Shown in pieces: positions 52,983 through 64,000 of a DNA stretch of 64,000 bases. How positions within the stretch are numbered: the stretch's first letter is position 1; each line of letters begins with the position of its first letter. A program made the position numbers and the translations under genes. The stretch spans positions 98,210,001-98,274,000 of the forward strand of contig NC_087472.1 of the NCBI RefSeq assembly GCF_036321535.1, given 5' to 3'. A model generated the notes under the pieces. That model saw only the letters and a list, made by a program, of their open reading frames with translations. It did not search any database and was not told the DNA's origin. Source of the DNA: Camelus dromedarius (taxonomy: Eukaryota).

Positions 52983-53709
52983 GAATTATATACTCAAGAA
53001 TCAGATACTAGTACATTTAATAATCTAATACATGATAAAGGAGGCATCAATAGTAGAGACAGGAATTCAGTGAATTTTTGCCATATTTAGTCAATTATTT
53101 GGTTTAAATATTAATATTAAATATTTTAGAGCCTTATTCCACATCCTGTAAAATGTATATTTTTTAAAAAGCCAAATTAAAAACAACCAGTAGACAATTC
53201 AGATTGATTTGTATCCCAAACAATAGTCACATTCTTCTTTTTTTTTCTTTCTAGTATTGAGGTATGATTGACATCTTAATATTATATTCATTTCAGGTGT
53301 ACAATATAATGATTCCATATTTGTATATATTGCTTGGATATTTCTTATTGTTGGAATTTATTCAAAACTTGTCTCATTTTTCTTCTGGTTCTTAGCACAG
53401 TGGCAGGATCATTTACTGAGGTACTAATATGAATTTGGTTCTTACATCTCCCCTCCCCAAGAGCCTTTGCACCAAGCAGGCTTTAGGGACCAGGAACATG
53501 GAGCAGAAAGCAGAAGTGGTTTAAAAGCAACCTCCCTTTTCCAAGTCTGTTTTTAAACCCTAGCTCCTTGAAGGAGATATGCTGAGTAGAGAGATGCCAA
53601 TTGCACAGACTCCATCGATGGTTCTCTTTGAATTGATTTTATTTGAACTCGTTTTACATATTTCATATAAAAGATTCCTCACCTTTAAAGTGAAGACACT
53701 GTACTAATC

Positions 53710-54180
53710 CAGGCATCTTCAACCTGGAGTTTAGCAGACCAGTGAACTTGAGAGAAAAACATTTCCTCTTTACTTTCACTGATCTCTAACAAAAGCTAAG
53801 TGCTTCCTTCAACTGTGAATGTAAGTATCAAAGTATAGTTGTATTTAGAAGGACCTGTGACTTGTCACCTATAGAAATCACAAATATTTTCATATCACAT
53901 GACAGTTGCTGCAGATATCTTGAAATATCATTTACACTCACTGTCACTTCAAAATCTGTACTTTGACTAACACATCATAAATCAATTATACTTCAATGAA
54001 AAGTTTTACAAATAAAAAAGTACATCACACATTTATAATTTTTAATATTTTGATAATCACATTTTCAAACTAATTGGTTTCCTTTGTATTCCTATGTATG
54101 ACATTTTACGCATTCAAAAACAGTATTCTGAGAAGCCAGATTGAAAGGGCTCCTGGGTCAAAATACATGTAAAGCCTCTG
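53710..54180. mobile_element. Charlie4a-like hAT fossil, possibly interrupted by a short L1 tail (~53960-54020)
   Basis: Homologous to 27020-27447; internal taacacatcataaatcaattatacttcaat resembles an L1 terminus. Confidence 0.55.
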
Positions 54181-55639
54181 GACTGGATGCTTTCTGGTTT
54201 TCAAAGTGCACATAGGTACACACACAAGATCTCTATCAGTCCCTCTTGGAAAATGACTCACAACTTAGATAATCATCTCTGTGACAAGGTTACAGCAACA
54301 TTTTGATCATTCCATATATGACTTGAAATACAACTTCAGACTGAAACATCCACAGTATGAAACTTTTAAACTCAACCTTCCAGACAAACCCTTCTATTAA
54401 AATTATCCTCTAGTACTTTCATAGTAAAATATAGGAAAGCAGCACCAGAAACTGAACCAGAAAACCCATGTCTTACTCCCAGTTTTGCTCTCTGATCCTG
54501 GGAAAGTCACTTAACTTCTTTGAACCTCATCTATAAACACATTTAGATGATTTTTTTAAATCTATAAATTCCTTTTACTGTATGTACAGAATATAGTACA
54601 ATTCTAGACTTCTGAATTTTTCTGCTTTTCTGCTGGGTGTGTTCTTTGGGATTTGGTTCTTAGAATTTTGTCTTTAATTAATTAATTGATCAAGTATTGA
54701 GGTGAGAATAACTCAGGAACTAAGCTAGAGAATTCTGGGAAAATATTCCTATGAGTCATATTTAAGCTGGGATATGAAGGCTGAGTAGGAGTCTGTTAAG
54801 TGAAGAGAGGATGAGGACATTCCAGGCAGAGAGGACACTGCCAATGCCCAGTGTGCTCAGGGCCCACAGCACACTGAGGGGCTTGGCTGGGTTTCAAGGG
54901 AGATCAGTTGTGTACTGATTCTGGGCTCCTTGGCTTATAAGAAATGGGAGGGAAGTGTACAAACAGGTGAAGTGTCATGTTCAGGTTTCTGTTTTGGAAG
55001 AACAGCCCTGAGAGGAATGTGAAGCATGGGGGAAACTGAAATCAGAGAGATCAATTTGAAAGCAGGACACTGCCACATTTGAGTTAAGAGGTCGTGGAGA
55101 ACCGAATCAAGGCACTGGCCATGGGCATAGAGAAACGAACACACAAGAATGGAAGTAGGAGATCTTTATGAGAAACTGTGTGTGGAGATGAAGGAGAAAT
55201 CAAGGGCAACCCTAGTTTCTAGTGAGGACAACTGGGTGAAGGGTGATATTCAAAGGTGCAGTTCTTAACCAGAACAGGGGCTACAAGAGGAGGAAAAAGT
55301 TCTCTGGGGAAGAAAGCTAAGCTTTGAAATGTTAAGTTAGTGGAGACTGACTTCCAGAGAGAAACTCTGACCAGCCTTTGGAAATAGGGGCATGGAATTC
55401 TTGGGAAAGGTAACACCTGGAGATACAGAATTATAAGCATCATATGAAGTAGCTGAAGCCATTTCATCTGCTCCCCTCTTGCCACCAGTGGCACCACCAT
55501 CTGCCTGGTCTCTCTGCAGGGCTTCACCTTTCCAAGCCCTTCCGAATGCTGACTCCTGAGCTTGCTATTACAGCTCAAAACAACTGCTTCTTCCTCACTC
55601 CCACATTTCCAACTCATCTCTGTTACTCCATAACACATC

Positions 55640-56600
55640 TCTGAATTAGTTAGGGTACAGGGAAAGTTGCTATAGCAAAGGAACCCCAGAGTACAATAGC
55701 TTGTATATGATAGGAGTTTCTTTCTTATGTAACAGTCCAGGGCCTGCAGGGCAGCTGCGTTTCATGAGGACAGACAGGAACATAGGCTGGCGGGCAGCTC
55801 TGCCACCCTCAGCATCCCTCTTAGCACCCAAGCGATTGTTTCTATCATTGCCATTTCCCAATGGGTGGGGGAAAAATTCAGGGCAAGCAGCTTCATCTTT
55901 ATGGAGATAAATACACATCGCTTCTGCTCACATTCCATTGGCCCAAACTTGGTCACACGACCACACTTACCTTTGAGGGAGATGGGAAATGTAGTATCTT
56001 GCTGGGTGGTCGTGTGGTAAGCTCAGACTCAGAGTCTCTGTTACTGAAACATAGAAAGGGAAAATTGACACAGGACAACCAGCAAACTCTGACACATCTA
56101 AACCCCTGGCCATTGAAATGTCCATGCACACTTTATTTGCAAGCATAGAATACATTCGTCCCTCCCCTCAGGAGATAACCAAAGCACAATCCATTTACTG
56201 AGTACAAAGTCAAGTCTAACATCTCTGGGTAGTGTGCAGTCCTCTCCATCAAGTCTAGTTCCAGAATGTTATTACCCCACCACTACTCAACTTTCAGTAT
56301 GCAATGTGGAGCAGAAACAGGATATCTACAGTGAAAACTCCATTTGGAAAAGGGAGAATGGAAAGCGCTTAGCAATCACTGGTACATAGCAAAAATGAAC
56401 TATGTTGGACAAGAATTGCAAATTCCCTGCCCTGGAGTAAAGACGTTCTCATGTCAGGCCTTGGTTCTGCCCTTTGGGAGGAATGTTCTGAACCTGGTCC
56501 TCTCTGCACTTTGGCTTTCTCCTTGTCCACTATTCTCCATGGTCATACCTGAAGTGGGATGTAGAGAGTACCCTGGTGATATTAACATAGGTATATATCA
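55640..56600 (-). mobile_element. MaLR (MLT1) LTR plus internal fragment
   Basis: cttctgctcacattccattggcccaaacttggtcac; gatgggaaatgtagt; boundaries approximate. Confidence 0.6.
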
Positions 56601-58774
56601 GCTTTCTTTTCATTAGCAATTGTGGTGTAAATGTCATTATTTTCTACCTTTCTTTATTCTTATATTTTAAATGTATCTCTTTATAAAACAAATAGTTGGG
56701 TTTTGTTTGTTTTCCATCTCATAATCTTTGTTTTTCCACTGGAAAATTTAGTTCACTTATACTCGGTGTAATGACTGATACATTTATATTTAAATCTACT
56801 ATCTAATTATGTATGTCTCTTTTCCTGTCTATTTTGTGTTCCTTTTCTTTTTTTCCCTTGCCTTCTTTTGGATTGCTCATTTTTATCATTCATTTTTAAA
56901 AATCTTTTTAGTTTAGAGATCATGCACTCTTCTTTTATTCTTTTGGTGGTTATCCTAGAATTACAATGTGTACCCTTCACTTATAAATATCTAATGTTAA
57001 CTGGTATCTTTCCTCTCCTCTAAATGTGAGAAATTTAGAACATTTAACTCCATTTAACCTCCTCCCAAACTGTTATGGTATTATTGTCATGCATTTTAAG
57101 TAACTATCTAATCCTCCCAGGACATTATAATAATTGTTTCACATAGTCAATGTCTTTTAGATTTACCCAGTGGAGCCTCTTTGCATCTGTTTTGGTGCTC
57201 ATTTTTCCTAGTGGTTCTTGCTCATGGTTTTCTGTTTTCTATTAAGGCTTAGTCATTGACTTTGTACAAATTATTTGTAGAAATAATTTGATGTCCAGGT
57301 TGATGTTATCTTCCTCTAGAGAGGATGTTCATTTGTTTTTTCCAGGCTTGCCTTAGTTCAAGTTCAAGATTTGAGATTCTCTAAGCAAGTCATTTCCAGT
57401 TCACCCTTACTTCTAGAGGGTGTGTGCATATGGGACAGGGAACAGTTTACCAGGTTTCCACCTGGATGGGTCCTGATCCGACTTTTGTCCCCCTTGTCCC
57501 ACAAGGTTGTTATAAAGACAGCTCACACTCTCAGTTGTCTCTTCAAAATCAGCTAATAACCCTAAGGCAAAAAAGTCCAAAATTAAGTAGGCTCTCTGAA
57601 TGTCTATTCTCCTCTGGATCTCATCCCAGTAATTTATCAGTATTTTGTTAGCTTTTTGATGATTTAAAAAATGTTTAATAAATTATGTTCAGCAAGGAGA
57701 TTGGTCTGAATTAGCTAGTGTGCCATTACTGAAATTGGAAGTGTTACTTCTTTAGAGCTCCTACAACAATGGTTCTCAAGATTGGGGGTGAGGGGGGTCC
57801 ATGGACCATGTGCATCAGCATTACATTATACTCCCTAAAAATTGAGATTCCAGTGCTGCCCTCTCAGATGTCATTCACAACCTATGACACTAAAACCTAG
57901 ATATCTGCTCTTTTGATAGGTTCTCAGGCTGTAATTATGAAGGCTTAAGTTTGAAAATTTTTGCCTCAAAGCTTAGTAACAGGTGTTCAAGGAATTGAGT
58001 TGATTCTCGTTTAAAGGTGAGGTAGGGCAGAAGAAAGCTGAATACATGCTCTAGTCAGAATTTGGTCAATGTTTAAATCTCCTATCTCCCCATCTTTTGA
58101 AAATATCCTCCGTAAAGCAAGAGGATCCTAAAGAAAAGCTCTCAAGAACCTAACCATTATCTGGAGCCAGAGTCTAATCCTGTCACATTCACCTGTCTCA
58201 TTTTGATCACTTTGAGTAGCATTCGTTTTGATCAGTCATGAATGACAGGTACTTCAATATGCCTGTTAGTCACTAATGAAAGGTTTGAGAAAGAAGCTAC
58301 CTAAAGATACCTTGATCCCAAATCTGCTGGTGAATCCAATGATGAACTAGTCTCAAAAAAATAGTCTGTGAAACCCTATCTTTTATGAACTGATGGCAAT
58401 TATAAAAAGTAAAGATTTCCCCCCAGCATTATTATTTGGCAAAATAAGAAGTTAACACCATGTTGGTTTTCAATATTATTTTGAAATTTTACTGGTCCAA
58501 GAAATCTGTAGATTTCAGATCACTGACTTATAATTCCTCAAACCACCCCAGGTTCCAGTATTCAAGAAAGCTCTCAGCCTGCCTGCTAAAGTCTCTGCAA
58601 ATAGCAGGCGAATCTGCATTCCACACTGTCAGAAACATGATTGATTATCTATTTGCATTAGCCAACAGAATCTATGTTTTCATGTGTCTGAGACACAGTT
58701 ACTTAAATTTCTTAGCTTTGGTCATGCTTTGGAGTTCCACTGCTTTTCCAAATGTTTGTCTTTGCTTTGTTGCA

Positions 58775-58870
58775 GAAAACAAAGCAAAAACAAACAAAAA
58801 AAAAAAAAAAAAAAAAAACCAAAAAAACAAAAACAAAAAAAACCACACAAAAAAACCCAATAAAAAAACA
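58775..58870 (+). repeat. A-rich low-complexity (A)n/(AAAAC)n tract
   Basis: Direct reading. Confidence 0.9.
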
Positions 58871-61800
58871 GCCAAGGAGCAACACCTTTAGATTTTTCAT
58901 TTCTGTACCAACATGCAGTGTCTTAGATTTGTTCAACTGTTAAAGGAAAAGCTTTATATGAGTTTTTCACAGGTGAATAACTTTAATATGGAAACATGCT
59001 CACGTTACACACTGTAGACTTCAGCAGGTTTCAGAAAATTTGAGCTTTTTAATCAGATAATCTTGCTCTCTACTCAGAAAATGAAATTCCACTGGGAAAC
59101 TGCTACTCAGAGCAGGATTTGTTCTTTTATACTATTCTTCTTCTTCTATTTCTCGTTAGCCAAGAGCATACTTCAAGAACTATCTGAATAGGGAGGATAG
59201 TGTTACAAATGAGCTGTTATGAGTTCTTTAAAAATCAGAACTATCTTGGAAACTATTATCAATTGGAGAGTGGTTTATACCTGAACTGTGCTCAACTCCT
59301 TAAAGTTAAGCCAACTCTGATATGTCTTATCAATGAAATAATGTTTGTCACTTCAGTAACGTAATAGGCTAGCATACATTTCATAGGCCATGGTAACCTG
59401 AGTAACTAAAGATGATTGAAAATTATCATATGTGTTTATGGTTTCATTTAACCAGATTAATCTGCTTTGGTAATGGAATCATTTAGGCCTAATTAAATCT
59501 ATCTAGATTAAGAATCTAAAAAAGGAAAGGGCAATTTGTGAGTCATAAAATATCTGTAAAAATTTAGGTTTGGAGCAACATCACAATTAGGTTTTTAAAG
59601 ATACCTAGTCACTCGAGTCTCAGAGACCTGGACTTGCTTTAAAAGCCCATCTTTTATTTCTGTAGGCTCCTTATAAATTCATTCATGGCTCTTTGTTTCA
59701 TCAGCTCTCACCAGACTGGGTTTGTGTCTGTTAAGGTAGCTGAGAGGTATGCAGTGTTTGACTATGTTAAGAAAAATTACCTAACACTTGGAAATAAGGC
59801 AAAAGGATGAGTGCTTGTCTTTTCAATGTGAGACTGAAGCTTTATTTAAAGGCCTTTATCTAACAGGCCCACCCAAGGATTCAGTTCTCCATGGGGATGC
59901 CCTGTGGCTTGATTAAAGCTCAGACTTGTTAACTTGTAGGTTTTCTTCCCAGTAGAGATGTAAAAGATTTCTGTGCAGAAGTGATAGCCCCAAAGGTTAG
60001 TTTTATTGCCCTGTTTTGCTTCTAATTTAGCAAAGTTATTTCAACATATTTTTCCTTTTCAAACATATAAATCTCTGTCTTTTGAATTCCCTTTGTACCG
60101 GATTCACCATCCTGCTGGCTCCCTTATTAATAGATAAAACCTGTGACAAATATGCACTCTATATTTTCATTAGGGTCATGTTTTTGAAAATTATACTTTG
60201 TCTCCATGAAGAAAAGAGATGAATCTCACAAGACACCAAGAAAATGAATCTCATTACTTTAGTTCATCCAATTTCACCTCTCTGGGGAACACATTTTTAA
60301 GAATTAAACCAATGCATTTTGATTCTCTCCTTTAAATCCTATTTCCTGGTAGCCTTCTGACAGAGTCATCAAGCTTATTGTCCCAGGAAAGAAAGGACAG
60401 ACAGGTGCTGCCCAGAACAGAGAGGCCATTCATCAGTTGTGAATTTCAAAGCTGATTTTCTTGACCTCTTTTTAGTAAGACAATGTACATAAAACCCAGG
60501 CTTTTTGGAGAAAGGGATTTCTAAATAACAAAGCTTCCTTTTTAATGCATAGACTCTGTGTGCAGAATAGAAGGAAGGCCCCCCAGGCAGCAACGAAGAG
60601 GGGGGAAAATCACCCCCCTTCCCCATCATTCTGGACTCAGTTGTGGGGAAAAGAGGGGGGAGTAGAATCCAGGAGGGCGATCACAGGATGCAATTGTCCT
60701 GCTCTCCCCCTTCCAGGTTGAAGTACAAGGGCAGGAAGTATGGTCATTGAGTTGCTGGGTAAGCAGAGGATGGGAAGGAGGTGCCGGGTCTGGATCCTGC
60801 TTTTCTTTGGCAGGATTAACATCTGCCCTTTGCCACTTTGAGATCAAGGAAGCCACATCCCTCCCTCACACTCCCAGATGCCTTCTTGGAGAAGAGAAGA
60901 GGGAGGGGCAGAATGCTTACCGTTTGAGCACTTAACTGAGCCATCCAAGTAGACTGTTTACCTACAAAAACATTTTAAATTATGGGATTGAATTGAGGTG
61001 AAGAACTTGGATTCAATCTTGTTCCCCCTCCCTGCTTCTGCCTAGAAGAGGGAAGCTTGTAAGGTCAATCAGAGCAGACTTAGGAAAGTAAGAAAGCTAC
61101 ATTTTTAACCCTGCTAAATGATGGTGCATAAATCTGAAAGGTTGCCACCTATGTATCTGTGGCCTGCTCTTCTGTCCTCTTTCTGCCATACACAATTAAC
61201 AAATGCATTGCTACCTTTTGATTTCACAAAGAGCATGTGCTATTTTTTTGTGACTTCTGGTCTCTACCTGACACACCTCTGCACTTTCTACAATGCTTAT
61301 ATCTAACAAGAGCAAGTCAGCCACAGACTCCAGTAGCAGGTGCCAGAAGTACAACCACTGTGATTATAGATTTACTATAGGAATATGAAAAATACATATA
61401 AGCATAATTTTTTTAAAAACTCACCCTATAATCCCACTCGAAGTGAGTAGCTATCTTTGAGGAGAATATTCTTTCAGACTTATATTTATGCATATAAACA
61501 TTCTTATCTCTTCCTATTCTTTTAAGGGATTTTTTAATATTTGGACTCTTCTTAACCTGCATTTTTTTCACTTAATATATTGTGAACATATTGTCAAGTC
61601 AATAAACATTTTTCTACATCATTTTATTGACTGCTCATTTTTATATTGTATATTTGTACCATAATTGATTTCACTAATCTCTTGTGCATGAGTTATTGGA
61701 CATTTTAGTTGTTTCCACCTTTTTATCAAAAAAACCATTGAAGTTGTTTCTATTCTTTTTTGCATTGTGATTAATTTCCTTATAACCAATCATTTCCCTA

Positions 61801-62805
61801 GGATCATCTCTTAGAAGTGGAATTTCTGGGTAAACAGCTTTGATTATACCAGTTTATAGGATTTTGCTTGACTTCTTTTCTTTTCTTTCTTTTTTTGACT
61901 TCTTTTCTTCTACTATTATAATCATGCAGGGAAAAAAGTTTTATATCCTGTTTCCTTTTTTAATGAAAATATTTCCCCATGTTATCACGTATGTTCTGTA
62001 AAAACAACTTTTAATAGCTTTATGTGAACATAAAGATAAATCAAGTTAATCATTTTAATCTAACCATTCCACTATTTTGGTTGCCAGTTAGGTAGTTTCC
62101 AGCTATTCACTGGGGTAAATTACACTTTTAGGAACATCCCTTTGTAGAAAGCCTAGTGTATACTTAGGATAAATTCCCAGAAAAGGAATTACTGCCTCAA
62201 AGGCCATAGACATTTTTGAGGTTAGTTGATAAATATTGTAAATTGCTTTCCAAACTAGTTATAACAATCTACACTGTAATACGTCATGTCTTATCATGAC
62301 AAATTGTAGGCTAGATATTAAAACAGCCTGATAGACTGCAGAACAATCTTCCTCAGAGATCTTTAAAAAGAGTTTTTCTTCCCTGTGTTCCAGGTCAGAC
62401 TATCAAAGACATAAAGGGTTGCCAGCTCTTAATTTAAAAAAGACATTTAAACTATAAACACCAGGAAGGTTAACATGAACTTGGTGTTCTTTGTTTTCTC
62501 TCTTATCATCTCTTCTGATGATCTTAGATTTGGATGGTAACTTTCTTTCCAAGTGAAATGTTTTCACATTATCGCTATAAGCAAAGTAGGCGCCTATTCT
62601 ATGGATGGGGAAATACTGAGGCACAAAGAGTTTTTAAGTGACTTTCCTATAGCCATATAATTTACATTGAACTCGCATCTATGGTGCACACCTTGGGGAA
62701 CACACTTTGCGATGTTAGTCAAGTTCAGGTTCACCTCCAGAAAGACTAGATAAACAAATATTTTTTAAAGAGGGAGGTCCAGGAAGGAAGGCTTCATCTA
62801 AGTTC

Positions 62806-63199
62806 TGTTAAAAAAACCAAAATTCAACCAAGTAAATTTGAAGATCTAATTGTTTACTCAATGATTCATGAATCAGGAAGCATCCCATCTAATAAAGAGA
62901 AGAGCACTCTGAGGGGTTGTACAAAATGGAAGGTTTTTATAGGCGGAGGGAGGGTGGGGCAAGAAGGTACTAGCAAAAGAAAAGAAAGGATTGTTTCAGG
63001 CCAGGGGATCTTCTTTCAGGGGAAGGGAATGGCTGGGATCTTTGTCATGCAGATTACCTCACTAAAGTTGATCAAGAAATTTCAGATTGTCTGTTTAAAG
63101 GTCATATTCTTGGGAGAGGTTGAAATTGCCAGTAGGTCTTGGTTTGCTGTTGTGGAGGGGCAAATGGCTCTATTCTGGGACTGTTATTTCTTTTTGACA
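62806..63199 (-). mobile_element. Solo ERV1-class LTR (394 bp) with perfect 4-bp TSD
   Basis: TGTTAA...TTGACA termini; TSD gttc at 62802-62805 and 63200-63203; TATA-like tttttata (~62935) implies minus orientation. Confidence 0.85.
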
Positions 63200-63399
63200 G
63201 TTCTATCTTTGCACGAAATGAAATATTATAACATCAAAAGAAATTTCTCATACAGAAAAGTCAATATATAAAAGTTAGATTTCAACCTAATGTTTTACAG
63301 TTTATAAGAATCCAGCCTTCCCCTGAGAAACTGTTGAGATGACTTTAAAATGATAATAACCTACTTTTTCCTCTGTAGGAATTCTAATAAACAAAGAAC

Positions 63400-64000
63400 T
63401 GTTGTCGAACCCATGTTCGTGTGCCCAATGCACAGTGAGGCCAAACTTGAAATATCAGAGTTTGGAGCAGGGAAAGGATTACTGCAGGGCCAATCAAGGA
63501 GAACTGGCAGATTGTGCTCAAAAGATCTGAACTTCCTGATGGTTTTCAGGGAAGAGTTTTTAAAGGCAAAATCTGAGGTGAGGGCTCTAAGGTCTGACTT
63601 TCTTCTGATTGGTGGTGAGTTAACAGGGTGGTGCTAAGCCTGAAGTTACCATTCTCCACCTGGGTGAGGGCCTTAGTTCCTGTAGAACAACTCAAAGATA
63701 TGTATCAGATTGCTATGTATATCTCTTGAGTAGGAACTACACTCTGCACTTTTGTTTCTTGCTTTTCCTTTGTTTCTGCATTCTCTCACTTCCCTAATTA
63801 GTAACTGTTTGAATCTGCCCTTTGGATCTCAGGGAAGGCTGAAACCTTTCTCCTACAAACAAGAAACAGGGGACACGACACGGAAAGGCTTTGTACCTAG
63901 GAGGGCCCCTGCCGAGTCCTGCTTGGTTTCACTCACCCTCCTTTTTTTGATACTCCTTAATCTTGAGGAGAATAGGTCTGGGACAAAAAAGGGAATAATG
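63400..64000 (-). mobile_element. 3' LTR (63400-63931) of an ERV1-class provirus, plus polypurine tract and start of internal sequence
   Basis: TG...CA bounded 532 bp; adjacent 63932-63948 reads AAAAAAAGGAGGGTGAG on the minus strand, immediately before TGAAACC. Confidence 0.75.

Noticed and set aside
58460..58943. Lys-rich and Phe-rich ORFs
   Set aside because: Translations of an A-rich low-complexity tract.
57960..61400. Largely non-repeat sequence that might be the 3' end of a neighbouring gene (MBTPS2 lies upstream of SMS in human)
   Set aside because: No recognisable coding exon or spliceable ORF; cannot be supported without alignment.

Overview
Mammalian genomic DNA, not prokaryotic. 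tRNA-derived SINEs resembling camelid Vic-1 and cetartiodactyl-type L1 3' ends suggest a camelid (inference). The only protein-coding gene I can support is SMS (spermine synthase, X-linked in eutherians) on the minus strand. It has a CpG-island promoter with exon 1 at about 30.1-31.1 kb, a 19-kb intron 1, and coding exons 2-7 down to 2317; exons 8 onward lie left of the window. All seven exons splice in frame. Intron 6 is a U12-type AT-AC intron, and an out-of-frame uAUG in strong context opens a 30-codon uORF overlapping the SMS start. The 33 kb upstream of SMS is intergenic and repeat-rich. It holds a young 5'-truncated L1 with an open 654-codon ORF2 remnant, several LTRs (one with a polypurine tract at the right edge), a 2.3-kb hAT/Charlie fossil, and a TSD-flanked chimeric retro-insertion. 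Nearly all other ORFs in the track are spurious. I find no convincing wholly new biological system; the best leads are the SMS uORF and minor intron, and the chimeric insertion. Repeat family names are recognised from memory and need Dfam/RepeatMasker confirmation.
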